Made by a program: the position numbers and the translations under genes. A DNA stretch of 64,000 bases from the human T2T-CHM13v2.0 reference genome, Homo sapiens, in the NCBI RefSeq assembly GCF_009914755.1, contig NC_060933.1. One strand, 5' to 3'. Positions 47,401 through 62,009 of this stretch are shown piece by piece (positions within the stretch are counted from its first letter, which is position 1; each line of letters begins with the position of its first letter). The notes beneath the pieces are model-generated. The model ran no database searches. It was not told where the DNA came from and saw only the letters and a list, made by a program, of their open reading frames with translations.

Positions 47401-48072
47401 CTTTTTTTTTAACTTTTATTTTAGGCTTGGGAGTACGTATGAAAGTTTGTTACATAGGTAAACATGTGTCACAGGGGTTTGTTGTGCATATTATTTCACA
47501 CCCAGGTACCTATGTCCAGAACCCAATAGTTTAGTTTTCTTTTCTCCTCCCCTCCCTCATTCTATCCTCCCCCCTCACATAGACCCCAGGGTCTGTTGTT
47601 TCCTTCTTTGTTTTCATAAGTTCTTATCATTATCATACTTATAAATGAGAACGTGGTATTTGGTTGTCTGTTTCTGCATTAGTTGGCTAAGGATAATGTC
47701 TTCCAGCTCCATCCACGTTCCCACATAAGATATAATCTCGTTCTTTTTTTATGGCTGCATGGTATTTCATGGTGTATTTTATATATATAGATATATAGAT
47801 ATATATATAAATATATATAGATATATATATAAATATATATAGGTATATATATGTCACATATATATATCACATATACAAGGATATGTCCTCTAGCTCCATC
47901 CATGTTCCCACATAAGACATAATCTCGTTCTTGTTTTATGGCTGCGTGGTATTTCATGGTGTATTTTATATATATATATCTATATAAAAATATATAGATA
48001 TATATATCACATATATATAGCACATGTATCTATATCACATATATATATATATCACATTTTCTTTATCCAGTT
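47401..48072 (-). mobile_element. 5'-truncated L1PB/old L1PA 3' end with internal tandem duplication
   Basis: aacttttattttagg...gtttgttacataggtaaacatgtgtca; TSD gggacagaacaag at 47387-47399 and 48073-48085. Confidence 0.9.
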
Positions 48073-48651
48073 GGGACAGAACAAGTCAACTGGCAAGTCC
48101 ATTGCTCAGCTTGTTGAAATACTCTGCACAGAATGCAAGGAAAAACTGTTTTCATGAGGTAGCCCATGAAGCGATGAAGCAAGGCAAATTTATCTGCCTG
48201 GATAACCTCCTGTATGCTGTTTTCACTCCATGGAGAGTCAACACAACAGACTTCTGAGTTGTATTATCGAGCTCCTTCAACAGGGCATTGCTGTAAGATC
48301 CTAGATCCCACACTCCATGGTGTGATGTTTTAGCCAAGTCTGGAAGTAGCACAGGCCCTAAAATCTCATGATTGCAGGTTGTCAACTCTGCTGTAGGCTT
48401 GCCACTTCAAGGGCAAGTGGTTGGTTGGGGCTGGGATTTGGGCAGAGCCATAGAAAGAAAGGGAACATTCAAGGGAATTTGATGATGTGCATGATGTCTC
48501 TGTCTGATACAAAAAGAAAAAAAAACTCTAAAAACATTTGATACATAGAAATACTAGTATTTGGTGAGATTGAATGTGGGAAGATGAGGGATAAGAAGGT
48601 ATTAAGAATGACTCCCAAGTTTCTGACTTGGTCAGTTGAGTAGAAGGGAAA

Positions 48652-49111
48652 TTTTTATTTTTATTTTTATTTTTAAAATTTCAGTAAGTTTTTAGGGAAC
48701 AGGTGGTGTTTGGTTACATGAATAAGTTCTTTAGTGGTGATTTCTGAGATTTTGGTGCACCTATCACCTAAGCAGGGTACACTATGCCCAATGTGTAGTC
48801 TCTTATCCCTCACCCCCCATCCTTTCCCTTGACTCCCCAAAGTCCATTGTAACATTCTTATGCCTTTGTGTCCTCATAATTTAGCTCCCAATTGTGAGTG
48901 AGAACATATGATGTTTGGTTTTCCACTCCCGAGTTGCTTCACTTACAATAATAGTCTCCAATTCATGCCAACATCTATTATTTTTTGATTTTTTGATCAT
49001 GACCATTGTTGTAGGAGGGAGGTGGTATCCCATTATGGTTTTGATTTGTATTTCCCTGATAATTAGTGATGCTGAACATCTTTCCATATACTTGTTGGCC
49101 ATTTGTATATC
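48652..49111 (-). mobile_element. 5'-truncated L1PB-like element, internally deleted, inserted into L2
   Basis: gggaacaggtggtgtttggttacatgaataagttctttagtggtgatttctgagattttggtgcacc; TSD tgagtagaagg; junction tctccaattc|atgccaacatct. Confidence 0.9.
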
Positions 49112-50262
49112 TGAGTAGAAGGTAATTCTAATAAATAAAACAGGAAGGCAGCAGAAAGAGGTTTGTTTGGGATATGGCTTGATTATTTGCAAGATATTTG
49201 CTGTAGCTTAGGAGAAAGGTGGATGTTGGTGATACTGATTTTGTCATTATCTGTGAGTTAAAGTTTCTAAAATCACGTGGCTTCCTAGGGAAAGCATATA
49301 GAATGACAAGGGAAGATGGCTAGATGGCTAGTAATGGCACCCTGAACAACTTCAGCATTTAGAGGTGGGTGGAGGAGGATAAGCCCATGGAAGAAACAGA
49401 AAGGATGGGCCAGCGAGATGAGAGGAGAAGCTAAGGGAGTAGACAGTTACCAGAGGGAAGGTGGGATCAGTTAAGAACCTTAGTATGTTGCAAAGAAATA
49501 ACCTGCAATGCGGACCAACCCGGGGAACGTCTGTAAAAATGATGACAATTCTTAATTGTAATTTAAAATGTAATTGTATTGAGAGCTCTCTCTGTCTTTG
49601 TCTCATCATAATTTGAAGCAGATTAACTACATATTAGCTAGAAAAAGCCCTTTGAAATTTTCCTTCAATGTATCAATAGATTCTATGACTTTTTGTAAGT
49701 AGAAACTGCCTATTGGTAAAATAGCACTTAATTGAGATAATGCTTGTGAAAGCCATTTCTAAACTTTGAATTGACATACAAAATAAAGGTGGCAATCATC
49801 ACCATGTTGCTATACTGTCTTTGGCCATATAAAATTTTTTTCAACAATACAAAGATAAGCCTTGTACAAATTCTTCAAAATTCTAAATTTGTGGTACTTG
49901 AATAATGTTTTACTATATATAAAGATGAATAGATAGCATTTCCTACAATAAATAAATAATTTATATATCAATGTGTTGGGATTATAAATTCTCATAGAAA
50001 TTCACTTTATTAATTCATTCATTCATCTGATCACAGTTCATTCAGCAAATAATTTGTTTTGTTCTTTTTAAGTGCTCTGGGAAGAAGGTATTGTGACAGA
50101 GTCCCTTCTCTCAAAGCGTTTATAGATTCATGTGTTTGGGGAAAGTACAGAACAATTATTGAAATAAAACCAGAGTCAGGCACATTGCTATGCCAGCTAT
50201 AAAGAGCCTATGAAAATTAGGAACATTGACACATTTGTTCCTAACCTGGTTTGTGCTTTCAG

Positions 50263-50332
50263 GATTCCTCTGAAGTGGCAGCACTCCTTGGGTTTGAAAT
50301 GTTCGTCAGTAATGACTGATGGACATCAACAG
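50263..50332 (+). other. Candidate exon D (70 nt)
   Basis: Branch-point-like CTAAC 50241-50245, ttgtgctttcAG|GAT; donor CAG|GTGAAT lying at the start of a sense L1ME fragment (about 50324-50450). Confidence 0.5.
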
Positions 50333-51873
50333 GTGAATAGACACACAAAAAACCTATGAAACTTACATACCATAGGTTACTATTCAACAATAAAAAGAAA
50401 AACTGTTGATACATCTAACAATGTAGATGAATCTCAAAAGCATTATGCTATTCCTTTGGCTGATAAAATGGTGACACTCCTTTATTTCTCTTTCTTTCAT
50501 CCCACTTTTAAAATCAGCCTTAGTATACTTTAGGCACAATATACTATATACATTTAAAATGACAATTTGACAAGTTTTGACAAATGTATATACATTATAA
50601 AAATCATGATAAAGATTTCCGCCGCCTCAAAATGTTTCCTCATGCCTTCTTGGAATAAATCCACACATTCCTTCCTTCTCTACACCCCACCACCCATATA
50701 CTCTACCTCTAGACCCAAGCAATTGCTAGTCTGCTTTTTGTCAGCGTAAATTAGTTTGCATTTTCTAGAATTTCATATTAATGGAAATGTACAGTAAGTA
50801 CTCTTTTGTGCCTGACTTCTTACATTTAGTATAGTGCTTTTAAGATTTATCCAAATTGTTGGGTGTATCAATAATTTGTTTCTTTTTATTGCTGAGTAGT
50901 ATTCTATTGTATACGTGGTTCACAGTTTATCCATTCACCAGTTAATGGACATTCCAGTTGTTTTATATTTGGGGCTGTTATGAATAAAGCTGATGTGAAC
51001 ATTTGAATAGAAGTCTGTTGTGAATGTTTGGATTGGAATTGCTGGGTTGTACAGTAAGTGTTTGATTAACTTCATAAGAAACTGCCAAATGATTTTCCAA
51101 AGTGGCTACATATAATTTTGCATTTTCACCAGCAGTGTATGAGATTTCCAGTTGATCCTCATCCTCATTCAAAACCTGGAATTAAGAGTGAATCTTTTAA
51201 ATTTTAGCCTTTTGAGAAAATGTGTAGTGGTACTTCATTGTAGTTTTAGTTCGCACTTCTCTAATGACTAATGATGTTTAACATGCTTTTATATCTTCTT
51301 TTGTCTCCATCTATTCTTTGTTCTTCATTCTCTTTTCTTCCTTTAGAGTAAGTATTTTTTATTTTATTCCATTTTCACTATTGGTATATTATCTATAAAT
51401 TCTTTGTTGTTGTTCCATTTTAGTGGGTTTACAATATAAATCTTTAACTTATCACAGTCTGTCATCAAATAATGGTATACCCCTTACATATGTTTTAGGA
51501 ACCTTACAGTGGTAAAAATATCAGTTCCCCATCCTGTACTTGTTGCTATTGTTTTCATGCATTTTATTCTGTATATATTATAAACTCTACAATCTATCAT
51601 TATTACTTTTTGTTTAAATATTAAATTCTTTAAAAGAGATTTTTAAAAATAAGAAAATAGTCTTTCATATTTTCTCATGTATTTGCCATTTTTATTGTTT
51701 TTTTTTTCTTCCATATTTGAGATCCAAATTTCTATCTGGTATACTTTTCCTTCTGCCTGAATAACTACCTTTAGTATTTTTTTGTAGTACAGATCTGTTG
51801 GCAATGATTATCTGAACTTCTGTATGTCTGAAAAAGCCTTTAGCTAATTTTTGAAAGTTTTTTGATGGACATA

Positions 51874-52250
51874 TGATATGGTTTGGCCCTGTGTCTCCAT
51901 CTAAATCTTATCTTGAATTGTAATCCCCATGATCCCCATGTGTCAAGGGTGGGACCAGGTGGAGGTAATTGGATCATGAGGGCCGTTCGCCCCATGCTGT
52001 TCTCCTAATAATGAGTGAGTCTCATGAGATCCGATGGTTTTATAAGTGTCTGACATTTCCCCTGCTTGCACTTCTCCTTTCTGCCACCTTGTGAAGCAGG
52101 TGCCTGTTTCCCCTTCACCTTCTGCCATGATTGTAAGTTTCATGAGGTCTCCCCAGCCTTGCTGAACTGTTAGTCAATTAAACCTCTTTCCTTTATAAAT
52201 TACCCAGTCTCAGGTATTTCTTCATAGCAGCATGAGAATGGACTAACACG
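51874..52250 (+). mobile_element. THE1D-like MaLR solo LTR
   Basis: tgatatggtttggc...gtgtcaagggtgggaccaggtggaggtaattg...aattaaacctctttcctttataaattacccagtctcagg; acata present on both flanks. Confidence 0.92.
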
Positions 52251-52431
52251 GTACATACAATTACAGGTTGCTAGTCCCTTTTTTCCCTTCAGTGCTTTAA
52301 GGATTTCACTCTTCCATAGTTTCTGATGAGTAGTCTGACCATTCCTAACTTTGTGCCATTATTTTCTCATTTTTTTCTGACTCTCCCTTCTGGGACTCCA
52401 ATTACAAATATCCCAGACTTCCTAACTTTGG

Positions 52432-53218
<787 letters not shown>

Positions 53219-54629
53219 TGTTTCATGTTTTAAAATCTTAATTTCCTTCTGTTTCATTTTGGATAAAATCTGTCTTCAAGTTTGGTGCCTTTTTTTTTGG
53301 GCCAATATCTAATCTAAAGTTCATCCTATCCAGTATGTTTCTCATTTCAAATATTGTATTTTCTATCTGCAGAGTTTGATTTGTATTTGAAAACGTTTTT
53401 TAATCTTTCTCATTGTCTTAAACATTTGGAGTATACTTATAATAATTGTTTTACTGTTGTTATCTGTTACTTCTATCATCTATGAAATTACTATATCTGT
53501 TTCTATTGATTGATTTGATTACTATTCTGGTTGGGAGGCAATATTTTCCCTACTTCTTTGCTTACTTGGTAATTTTTTTATCAATGAAAATTTATAAAAG
53601 TGAACTTCATTTACAATTGGATATAATGAATTTTACATTTTTGTGTCCTGGATTTTTCTGTATTCCTTTAAATATTGTTGGATTTCTTTTTTTTCCCCCC
53701 TCCGGGATGCAGATAAGTTTCTTGGAATTAGCTGGATGCTTTTGAGATTTGCTTTTAAGATTTGTTAGGGTGAATTCAGAGCAGGGCTACTTTGATCTAG
53801 GAAATAGCCCTCTGAAGGGTCTCATGTTCTGTGAGATAGGAGGTCTTTCTCCTCTGACTGGTTGGTAGCCTAAGCTATTCCTGATTCTTGTAAGGTCTGG
53901 ACACTGTTCTGCATACTCTTTTCTGATAGTTCTTTCCCTGGCCTTAGTAGTTACCACACATCTATGCACATAGCGGTATTCAGCCAAAGTTTGAAAGGAT
54001 TCAAAGATCTCCAGAGCTCTCTCTGTATCACTGTTTCTGTTATTCTATCCCACAAATTCTAAGTGTGTGAAACTCCCTGAAATCAGAACTATGTCTCCTC
54101 AACTCAGTGAGACCACAAGCCACTGTTTGGGTTTCCCCTGCCCATGTTGCAGCCTAGAAACTCTCCTCAGGCAAAAAGATCAGGCAACATCGGGGTCATC
54201 TCATTTCCTTCCCTTTCAGAGATCACTGTAATTGCCTATTGAACAATGCCTGAAGAAAGATGTTTCATATATTTTGTCTGGCTTTCTAGTTGCTTAAGGT
54301 AAGAAGGTAAATGCATTCCTAGTTACTGCATTGTGGCTGGGAGCAGAATTCCAATACTGTTTTTTTTATAATATGCTTTTACTTAATTATTTGAGGATTC
54401 CCTTTAGTTATCATAATTTTACATGATGTAAACAGGTAAATGAGAATATCTTCAAAATATATTTTTCAGTTTTGGGGTGGTTCTCTCAGTTCTGGTTTTT
54501 GCCAAATATAATAGATTTTTAGTATCTGAGTTCCATATGACAAAATTTATAAATCTTGGGTGTATCCATATGGTATGTTATAATCGGAAAAGATAGATGA
54601 AATTCCGCTTTTGTCTAATGTCTTTATAG

Positions 54630-54960
54630 GTCTTGGAGAAACTTGAAGAAGGGTTGTAAAGTCCATAACTTTACAATGAGACAAAATTAAAAGAATCCAA
54701 GCCAAAATTGTCCTAGACAATGAAAAGTATCGCTATGCAGAAGCCAAATCTCTTAAGCTCCTCCACCATATCAGTCATGACACAGTCTATAGTTTAACAA
54801 TTGTTTCAATTTGGAAATTAATTTTTAGTACTAATTTAAATATTTCATATTAGTATATGAGAATTCTTCCTTCTGTTCAGGCTGTGGTATGGGGAAAAGT
54901 CAGTTCCCATCAATGCAGATTCATATCTACCAGCACAGTGATTAAATTATCCTCATATCC
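54630..54960 (+). other. Candidate exon E (possibly terminal; 3' end uncertain)
   Basis: CTAAT branch-like motif then gtctttatAG|GTC; ATTAAA at 54941-54946 is a possible polyA signal. Confidence 0.35.
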
Positions 54961-55212
54961 TCTTGTGTTTGAACAAGCTGTGTACTTTTAATTTTAATGG
55001 ATTTAACTCAATATTCAATATATGTTGATTACTGAATACAACAAAAAGTGTAATAGACACTCCTTGAGAAGCTCATAATCTATTTGGGCAGATGGAACAA
55101 ATACTTAGAAAAATTGAAAGGTAGTTTAGGACCACAGTAAAAAAAAATTGGGGGTGCAGGATATAAAGTATCAATTGAATTGTAGAAGCAATATATACTG
55201 TGTATTTTTTCA

Positions 55213-55255
55213 CCTGGGTGAGAGGGTGAGACTCCGTCTAAAAAAAAAAAAAAAA
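55213..55255 (+). mobile_element. Alu 3'-terminal fragment followed by a MIR remnant (to about 55385)
   Basis: cctgggtgagagggtgagactccgtct plus polyA. Confidence 0.8.
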
Positions 55256-56246
55256 CTATGGTTGTTCACCATAACTAAACATTTAATCTCTTTCAGTCTA
55301 TCTTACTCATCTACAAAATGGAGATAATACCTGTTTTGCAGTGCAGGCCCTGACATACGGGTAGAGTTCCATAAATCCTAGCTTCTATTCCTTAACTCTT
55401 TTAACTCTTTTCTTCCTTCCTTCTTTCTAGCTAATTTTTAACTCTCTATCCTAGACAACTTTTGCTAAACGTGTATAACATGTAGTACCTACGCATAGGA
55501 ATATGTTTTATAGAACAGAATTATTGAAAACAGCTTCTTACATTTCTGTTATTTTTTCAAAAGCAAGAATTCATGTATTCCTTCTGAGCCAAGTACATGC
55601 AATAAAAAGTAAGAGAGATTCAGAAATTCTGATGATTATTCTCCCAAGAAGAGTGCTTGCTAGAGTGAGGGTCTTGCAGACACAGAAGGAGCTGATGGGG
55701 TGAACTGCTGGGGTGTTACAAAAGGCCTTCGGGAAAATACGTAATCTAAGTCAATAAATCATAGAGTGAAGATTCCCTCAGGGAAAAAGGGAGTGGTTCT
55801 GAAGAACTTACAAATTTTTCCAGGCAATAGCCACAGATGCTAGCACAAGGGCATTATGGCCACATAGTGTGAGCAAAAGTGCTTAACTTTTTGCCCTTCT
55901 TCTAATATTTACTCTATTAGCCCAGACAACATGAGATCCAGAAGCCTCATGATGAGTGGAGAGGAAATATAAATCAGAAGAAATGGTCAAAAAGATGCCT
56001 ATATTCACTTCCGCACTTAGGTCTCCAAGCCTCAGTTCCTGGCATGAGTAGGTAGAGGAGAGGAGCTTGGAATAGGATGTGAGATTACAGTTTTAATATA
56101 GACTGGACTGGATATTTGAATACCTGAAAATGAATCTGAATTCTCAAAATGAGGTGGTTCCTGCAACTGAAAATAACAAGAAAGCTACAGGATCTTCTGC
56201 CATGTTATCCAGGGGTGGAAAAGTGAAATTCAGTGGAGCCAGGTTA

Positions 56247-56573
<327 letters not shown>

Positions 56574-57814
56574 ACCATGTGGAGTTTGTTTACTCTTTAA
56601 ACAAATATCCTTCATGTGTTGAACTGAACTATAATTATAGTTAGTAGGGCACATAGCAGGTTTTAATAAGATATCTAGTTCTTCCTCTTAAGGTAACTCG
56701 TTAGAACTTTTATGAGAAAGAACTAAAGAATTTCTAATGGGGCAGCTAATCCACTCTTTTGTGCACTCTGTTCTGCTGATGATCTGATGTTAGTCGGGGT
56801 TTCTGTTTGAGATTCCTGAGCCTTAACTGCTGATGACAGAGTTCAAAATCATTGCTTTCTAACTTTGAGAATGACTGCCTAATATGACATCATTTTCTAC
56901 CCCTGAGTGCTAATAGTCTACCTTATTCCTCCTGCCTGTCCTTCTCCTTGAGGAGGAGGATCATCAATGCACTGTGTGGATTGAAGTGGCTTCATACCCT
57001 TTTGATGTTAATGTTCTCCTTTGCTTAAAGTGTGAACTGAATATGGATCCCTCATTTATGAAGCACCATGACACTTCCTGGGTAATGAACAATTAAACAG
57101 ACTTCTCAGCAATAGTGACTATTTTTCTGATTTTTCACTTCATGGACAATATTGTATGCAAGTTAAATTTGCAACTAGCTTGAGGCTTCACACATGGTGA
57201 GTTTGAGAAATTGAATTCTCTACCTCAAATGTATTTCCTTTTCCTTGAACTCTACATTCAGGTCAGCTGTCCAGTTCTTAAACAACAGGTTTTGGAGAGG
57301 CAATGAGTAATAAAATAGCATTTTCTCCTTCAATTCTATCTGCATTTGAAAAAAATAACCTTTTATTTTTGATTCAAAGAAGAGAGGAGTTTTCTTGTCT
57401 TTCTACATCTGTTCCAACTCCTCCAAATGCACAAAAATTTTTTCAGAGCATTCCAGAGTTTCTCAGACTGCACATAGAAGATTTTGCATATAGATACATC
57501 TTGGCCATAATAACCTTCTACTGAATTAGTAGAAAATAGATGTATTCTAGGTTTTCATATCTTTATGGCAATATGAATAGACAAGGCTCTTCTTGCAAAA
57601 ATATCTCCTGAACTGTGCGGGAGATGCTTGGAAGACCCAGTCAAAATTACGAAGTATCCCAAGTTTGTATCCTCCTGTGGCTTCCCCGTATTACAATAAT
57701 GTCATTCTGATCCAGGTTCCAGTACTCTCAAGCCCTTGTCCTTCCCTTTTCATTTTAGCTTGCATTCATCCAAGTATTTGGATGGAAATTATCAATACCT
57801 TATACGAGAACGTA

Positions 57815-58117
<303 letters not shown>

Positions 58118-59006
58118 TCAGCCATGGATCATGTTTTCTTGCCTTGCCTGATTCCTAGAGTCTCACTCCATGATGTTTCCTCTTTATTATAAAGATTAGA
58201 TGGCTTTGCATTGCTGCCATGTGGCATTTATACTTCTCAAGCAGCTGTGTCATCTTATTCTACCGTTTAAACTTAGTTTTACTTTAAGTCCACATCTAAA
58301 CTGTTTGCCTGCATGCCCAGCACTTTTTCCACCCTCTACATTTTATTTGACTGGAGCAATCACCTTAGCCTCTCTAGGTCTTTGCTTATCATCACTCTGC
58401 TCATTCTTCAAGCCTCACTTGATTACTGCCTCCTCTGTGTTGCTTTCCTGGATTTCCTCAGTAAGACATAGTTTCTCCCTTTCATACTTCTGTGGTATTA
58501 AGTATGCACCAGTTACATGTGACTCATCTCCAAGTGCTTTGGCATGGAGATATTATTTATGTTCCTTATATGACTACTGACCACTTTTTTCTAGACTAAA
58601 TATTGAAACACTTGGCCAGATAATTTTGCTTAATTTTGAGTTTCCTTTTATACTTTTTAAAACAAATTTTTGAAATTAAATTACATTTTGTTAGGTTGCA
58701 AATCTGAAAAAGTCCAAGGATGAGGTGAGTTTGTTGTGGTCAGTTGGGTAGTTGCTAAACTCATAGCTGGTTTGTGTCTGCTGACCAGCACATTGTTAGC
58801 CTAGAGAAAGTCTACATGGGGAACCAGATTATGATGCAAGCGTTGCTTGGAGAGCCCTTGATCAAGAGCAAAACAGGTTGGTAGACTCGAGGGATAGTTC
58901 AGCTAGGTCTGATGGAACATTCCAGTTTTGCCAACAGAAGGAAAAACATTGGAAGGGCTTATCTTCCCCAGGATCTGGATCTGTTCCACTGGGTAACATT
59001 TAATAA

Positions 59007-59403
<397 letters not shown>

Positions 59404-59846
59404 TCTTTTTAAGTGTATCAATACCATCATTTTGGCTGCTTATTCTGCCCTGGGAGCCATTCTGTCTCTTTAGGAAGTTTTTGCGTGTATCAGATCTCAT
59501 CTTTTATATTTTGATGTTTAATAGCATTTAAAGGATTTTGTTTTGTGTTTTTTAAATGATTTGAAAACAAGTGTGCTCACTAATTAATAAACAGCAGATT
59601 CAAACTTTTGTTGCTTTTTCAAGAAAAAAATGAAAAATTCTGTAACAATATATCTTAGCCATAAAACACTTGTAATCAGCACTCCTCCAGAAATTTCAGG
59701 ATGTAAGTTATCTTAATGATTATACTAGAAAATCTTGGAAAGCAGGGATATGGCTAACTTTTTATAACATGTATCCCTACTGTCACAACAAGAGTTAAGA
59801 CTTAATAAATACAGTCATGTGTTGCTTAACAACTGGGATATATTCT

Positions 59847-60561
59847 TGTAACCACCCAAGGGGTTCATTTTGCCTGCTACCTGGATACAGCCAATTTATC
59901 AAGAACCAGGAATTGCAGTAGAGAAAGGGTTTAATTCATACAGAGCCAGCTGAATGGGACACTAGAGTTCTATTACTGAAGTCAGTCTCCCTGAAAATTC
60001 AGAGGGTAGGGTTTTTCAAGGATAGTTTGAAGGGCCAGGGAATGGTGCTGCTGATTGGTTGGAGATACAATCATAGGGATGTGGAAAATGGTCCTCATGC
60101 ATTTCTCAAGTCCACTCCTTTTCTTAGTTCCTGCTTAGCGGAGGTGTTAGAATTTGCTTCTTGGTGGGGCCACAGGACTGGTTGGTGGGTCCAGGTGGGG
60201 CCACCAGTTGTCAGAAATGCAAAAACCTGAAAAGACATCTCAAAAGACCAATCTTAGGTTCTGTAATAGTGATGTTATTTGCAGGAGTAATTGGGGAAGT
60301 TGCAAATCTTGTGGCTAATTTGTTAGTCCTACAAAGGCAGCCTAGTCCCCAGGAAAGAAGGGGGTTTATTTAAGGAAAGGGCTGTTATCATCTTTGTTTC
60401 AAAGTTAAACTATAAACTAAGTTCCTCCCAAAGTTAGTTGGACCTGTCCCCAGGAATGGACAAGGGCAGCTTGGAGGTTAGAAACAAGATGGAATCTGTT
60501 AGTTTAGATCTCTTTCACTGTCATAATTTTGTCACTGTTAACGTTTGCAAAGGTGGTTTCA
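59847..60561 (-). mobile_element. LTR8-family ERV1 solo LTR
   Basis: Minus-strand start TGAAACCACCTTTGCAAAC...TATGACAGTGAAAGAGATCTAA; ends ...GTTACA. Confidence 0.85.
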
Positions 60562-61241
60562 CTGTAGACTTTATAAACACCATATACTTAGACTATACTA
60601 AGTTTATTAAAAATATTTTTCTTTCTTTAGTAACAAATTAACCTTAGCTTACTATAAGTTTTTTACTTTTTGAAGTTTTTAATTTTTTTGAACTTTTGAC
60701 TCTTGTAATAACAGCATAAAACACACTTTGTACAACTGTACAAACATATTTTCTTTATATACTTATTCTATAAGTGCTTTCTATTTTCATTTTTTCCCTT
60801 TAAACTTTTTAATTTAAATGAAGACAGAAACACAATACCCTAGGTCTACACAGGTTCTGGATCATCAATATCATTATCCACCACCTCCACATCTTGTCCC
60901 ACTGGAAGATCTTCATGGACAATAACACGAAGCTCTCGTCTCCTGTGTTAACAATGCCTTCTTCTGGAATACCTCCTGAAAGACCTGCCTGAGGCTGTTT
61001 TATAGTTAATTTCCTTTTTTACAAGTAGAAGGAGTACACTCTAAAATAACGATTAAGAGTATTGTACAGTAAATAAATACAGCAGTAACAGAGTCGGTTA
61101 TTATCATTATCAAGTATTATGTACTATACCTAATTGTGCTACATTTTTGTATGCCTGGCAGTGCAGTAGGTGTGTTTCACCAGGATCACCACAAACATAT
61201 GAGTAATGTGTTGATCTATGACATTACCAGAGCTACCATGT

Positions 61242-62009
61242 TGATATAAACAGGAGACAGGGAAATACTGGGTAGAAGAGGGCAGTTCCCTGGCAAAAGC
61301 CTTACTCCCAAGCCTGGAAACCTGCAGTCCTAAATGGGAATAGGCATTCCTGTTTGTGCATCCAAATGTTGCCTTTTGGCCTGCCATGCCCCTCTGTCCT
61401 GTATCCATATAAACCCCAAATCCCAGGCTTGATGAGCAGATGAGCAGACAAACAGAAGAGCAGAGGAGCAGAAGAGTGGTGCTGCAGAGAAAGAGAGAAG
61501 AGAAGGAGCATCTGAATGTCAAGAGGAGTTTGGATGGGGATGGTCAGAGAGGAGATCAGCTGCAGGACAGCCAAACTCCAGGGGAAGATCATCTCTCACT
61601 CCATCCCCTTTCCAGCTCCCCACCCATCCTGCTGAGAGCCACCTCCATCACCCAGTAAAATCCTCACATTCACCATCCTTCAAGTTCATGTGTGACTTGA
61701 TTCTTCCTGGACACTGGACAAGAACCTGGGTACCAAGAGGGCACTGAGCTGGTTAACACTTAAGCCATCTGCGGATGGCGGAGCTAAAAGAGCACTGTAG
61801 CACACCCACTGGGGCTTTGAGAGTCACAGGCACACACCCCTAGATGCCACCGTGGGATGGGAACCCAAAAGTGCTCGCCCTGGCTCCTGCACCTATCTGT
61901 CTACATGCTCCCTCTCCTATAACAGGCTTGCACAGCAGTGACTGCGCAACAGATGAGCCACACCCCTTCCACATGTCTGCAAGGGGTATCAGGGAACTCT
62001 CCCCTTTCA
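61242..62009 (+). mobile_element. LTR1-family (HUERS-P2) solo LTR
   Basis: tgata...acaggagacagggaaatactgggtagaagagggc.gttccctggcaaa...gggaactctcccctttca; 4-bp TSD atgt; TATA-like catataaa at about 61407. Confidence 0.88.
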
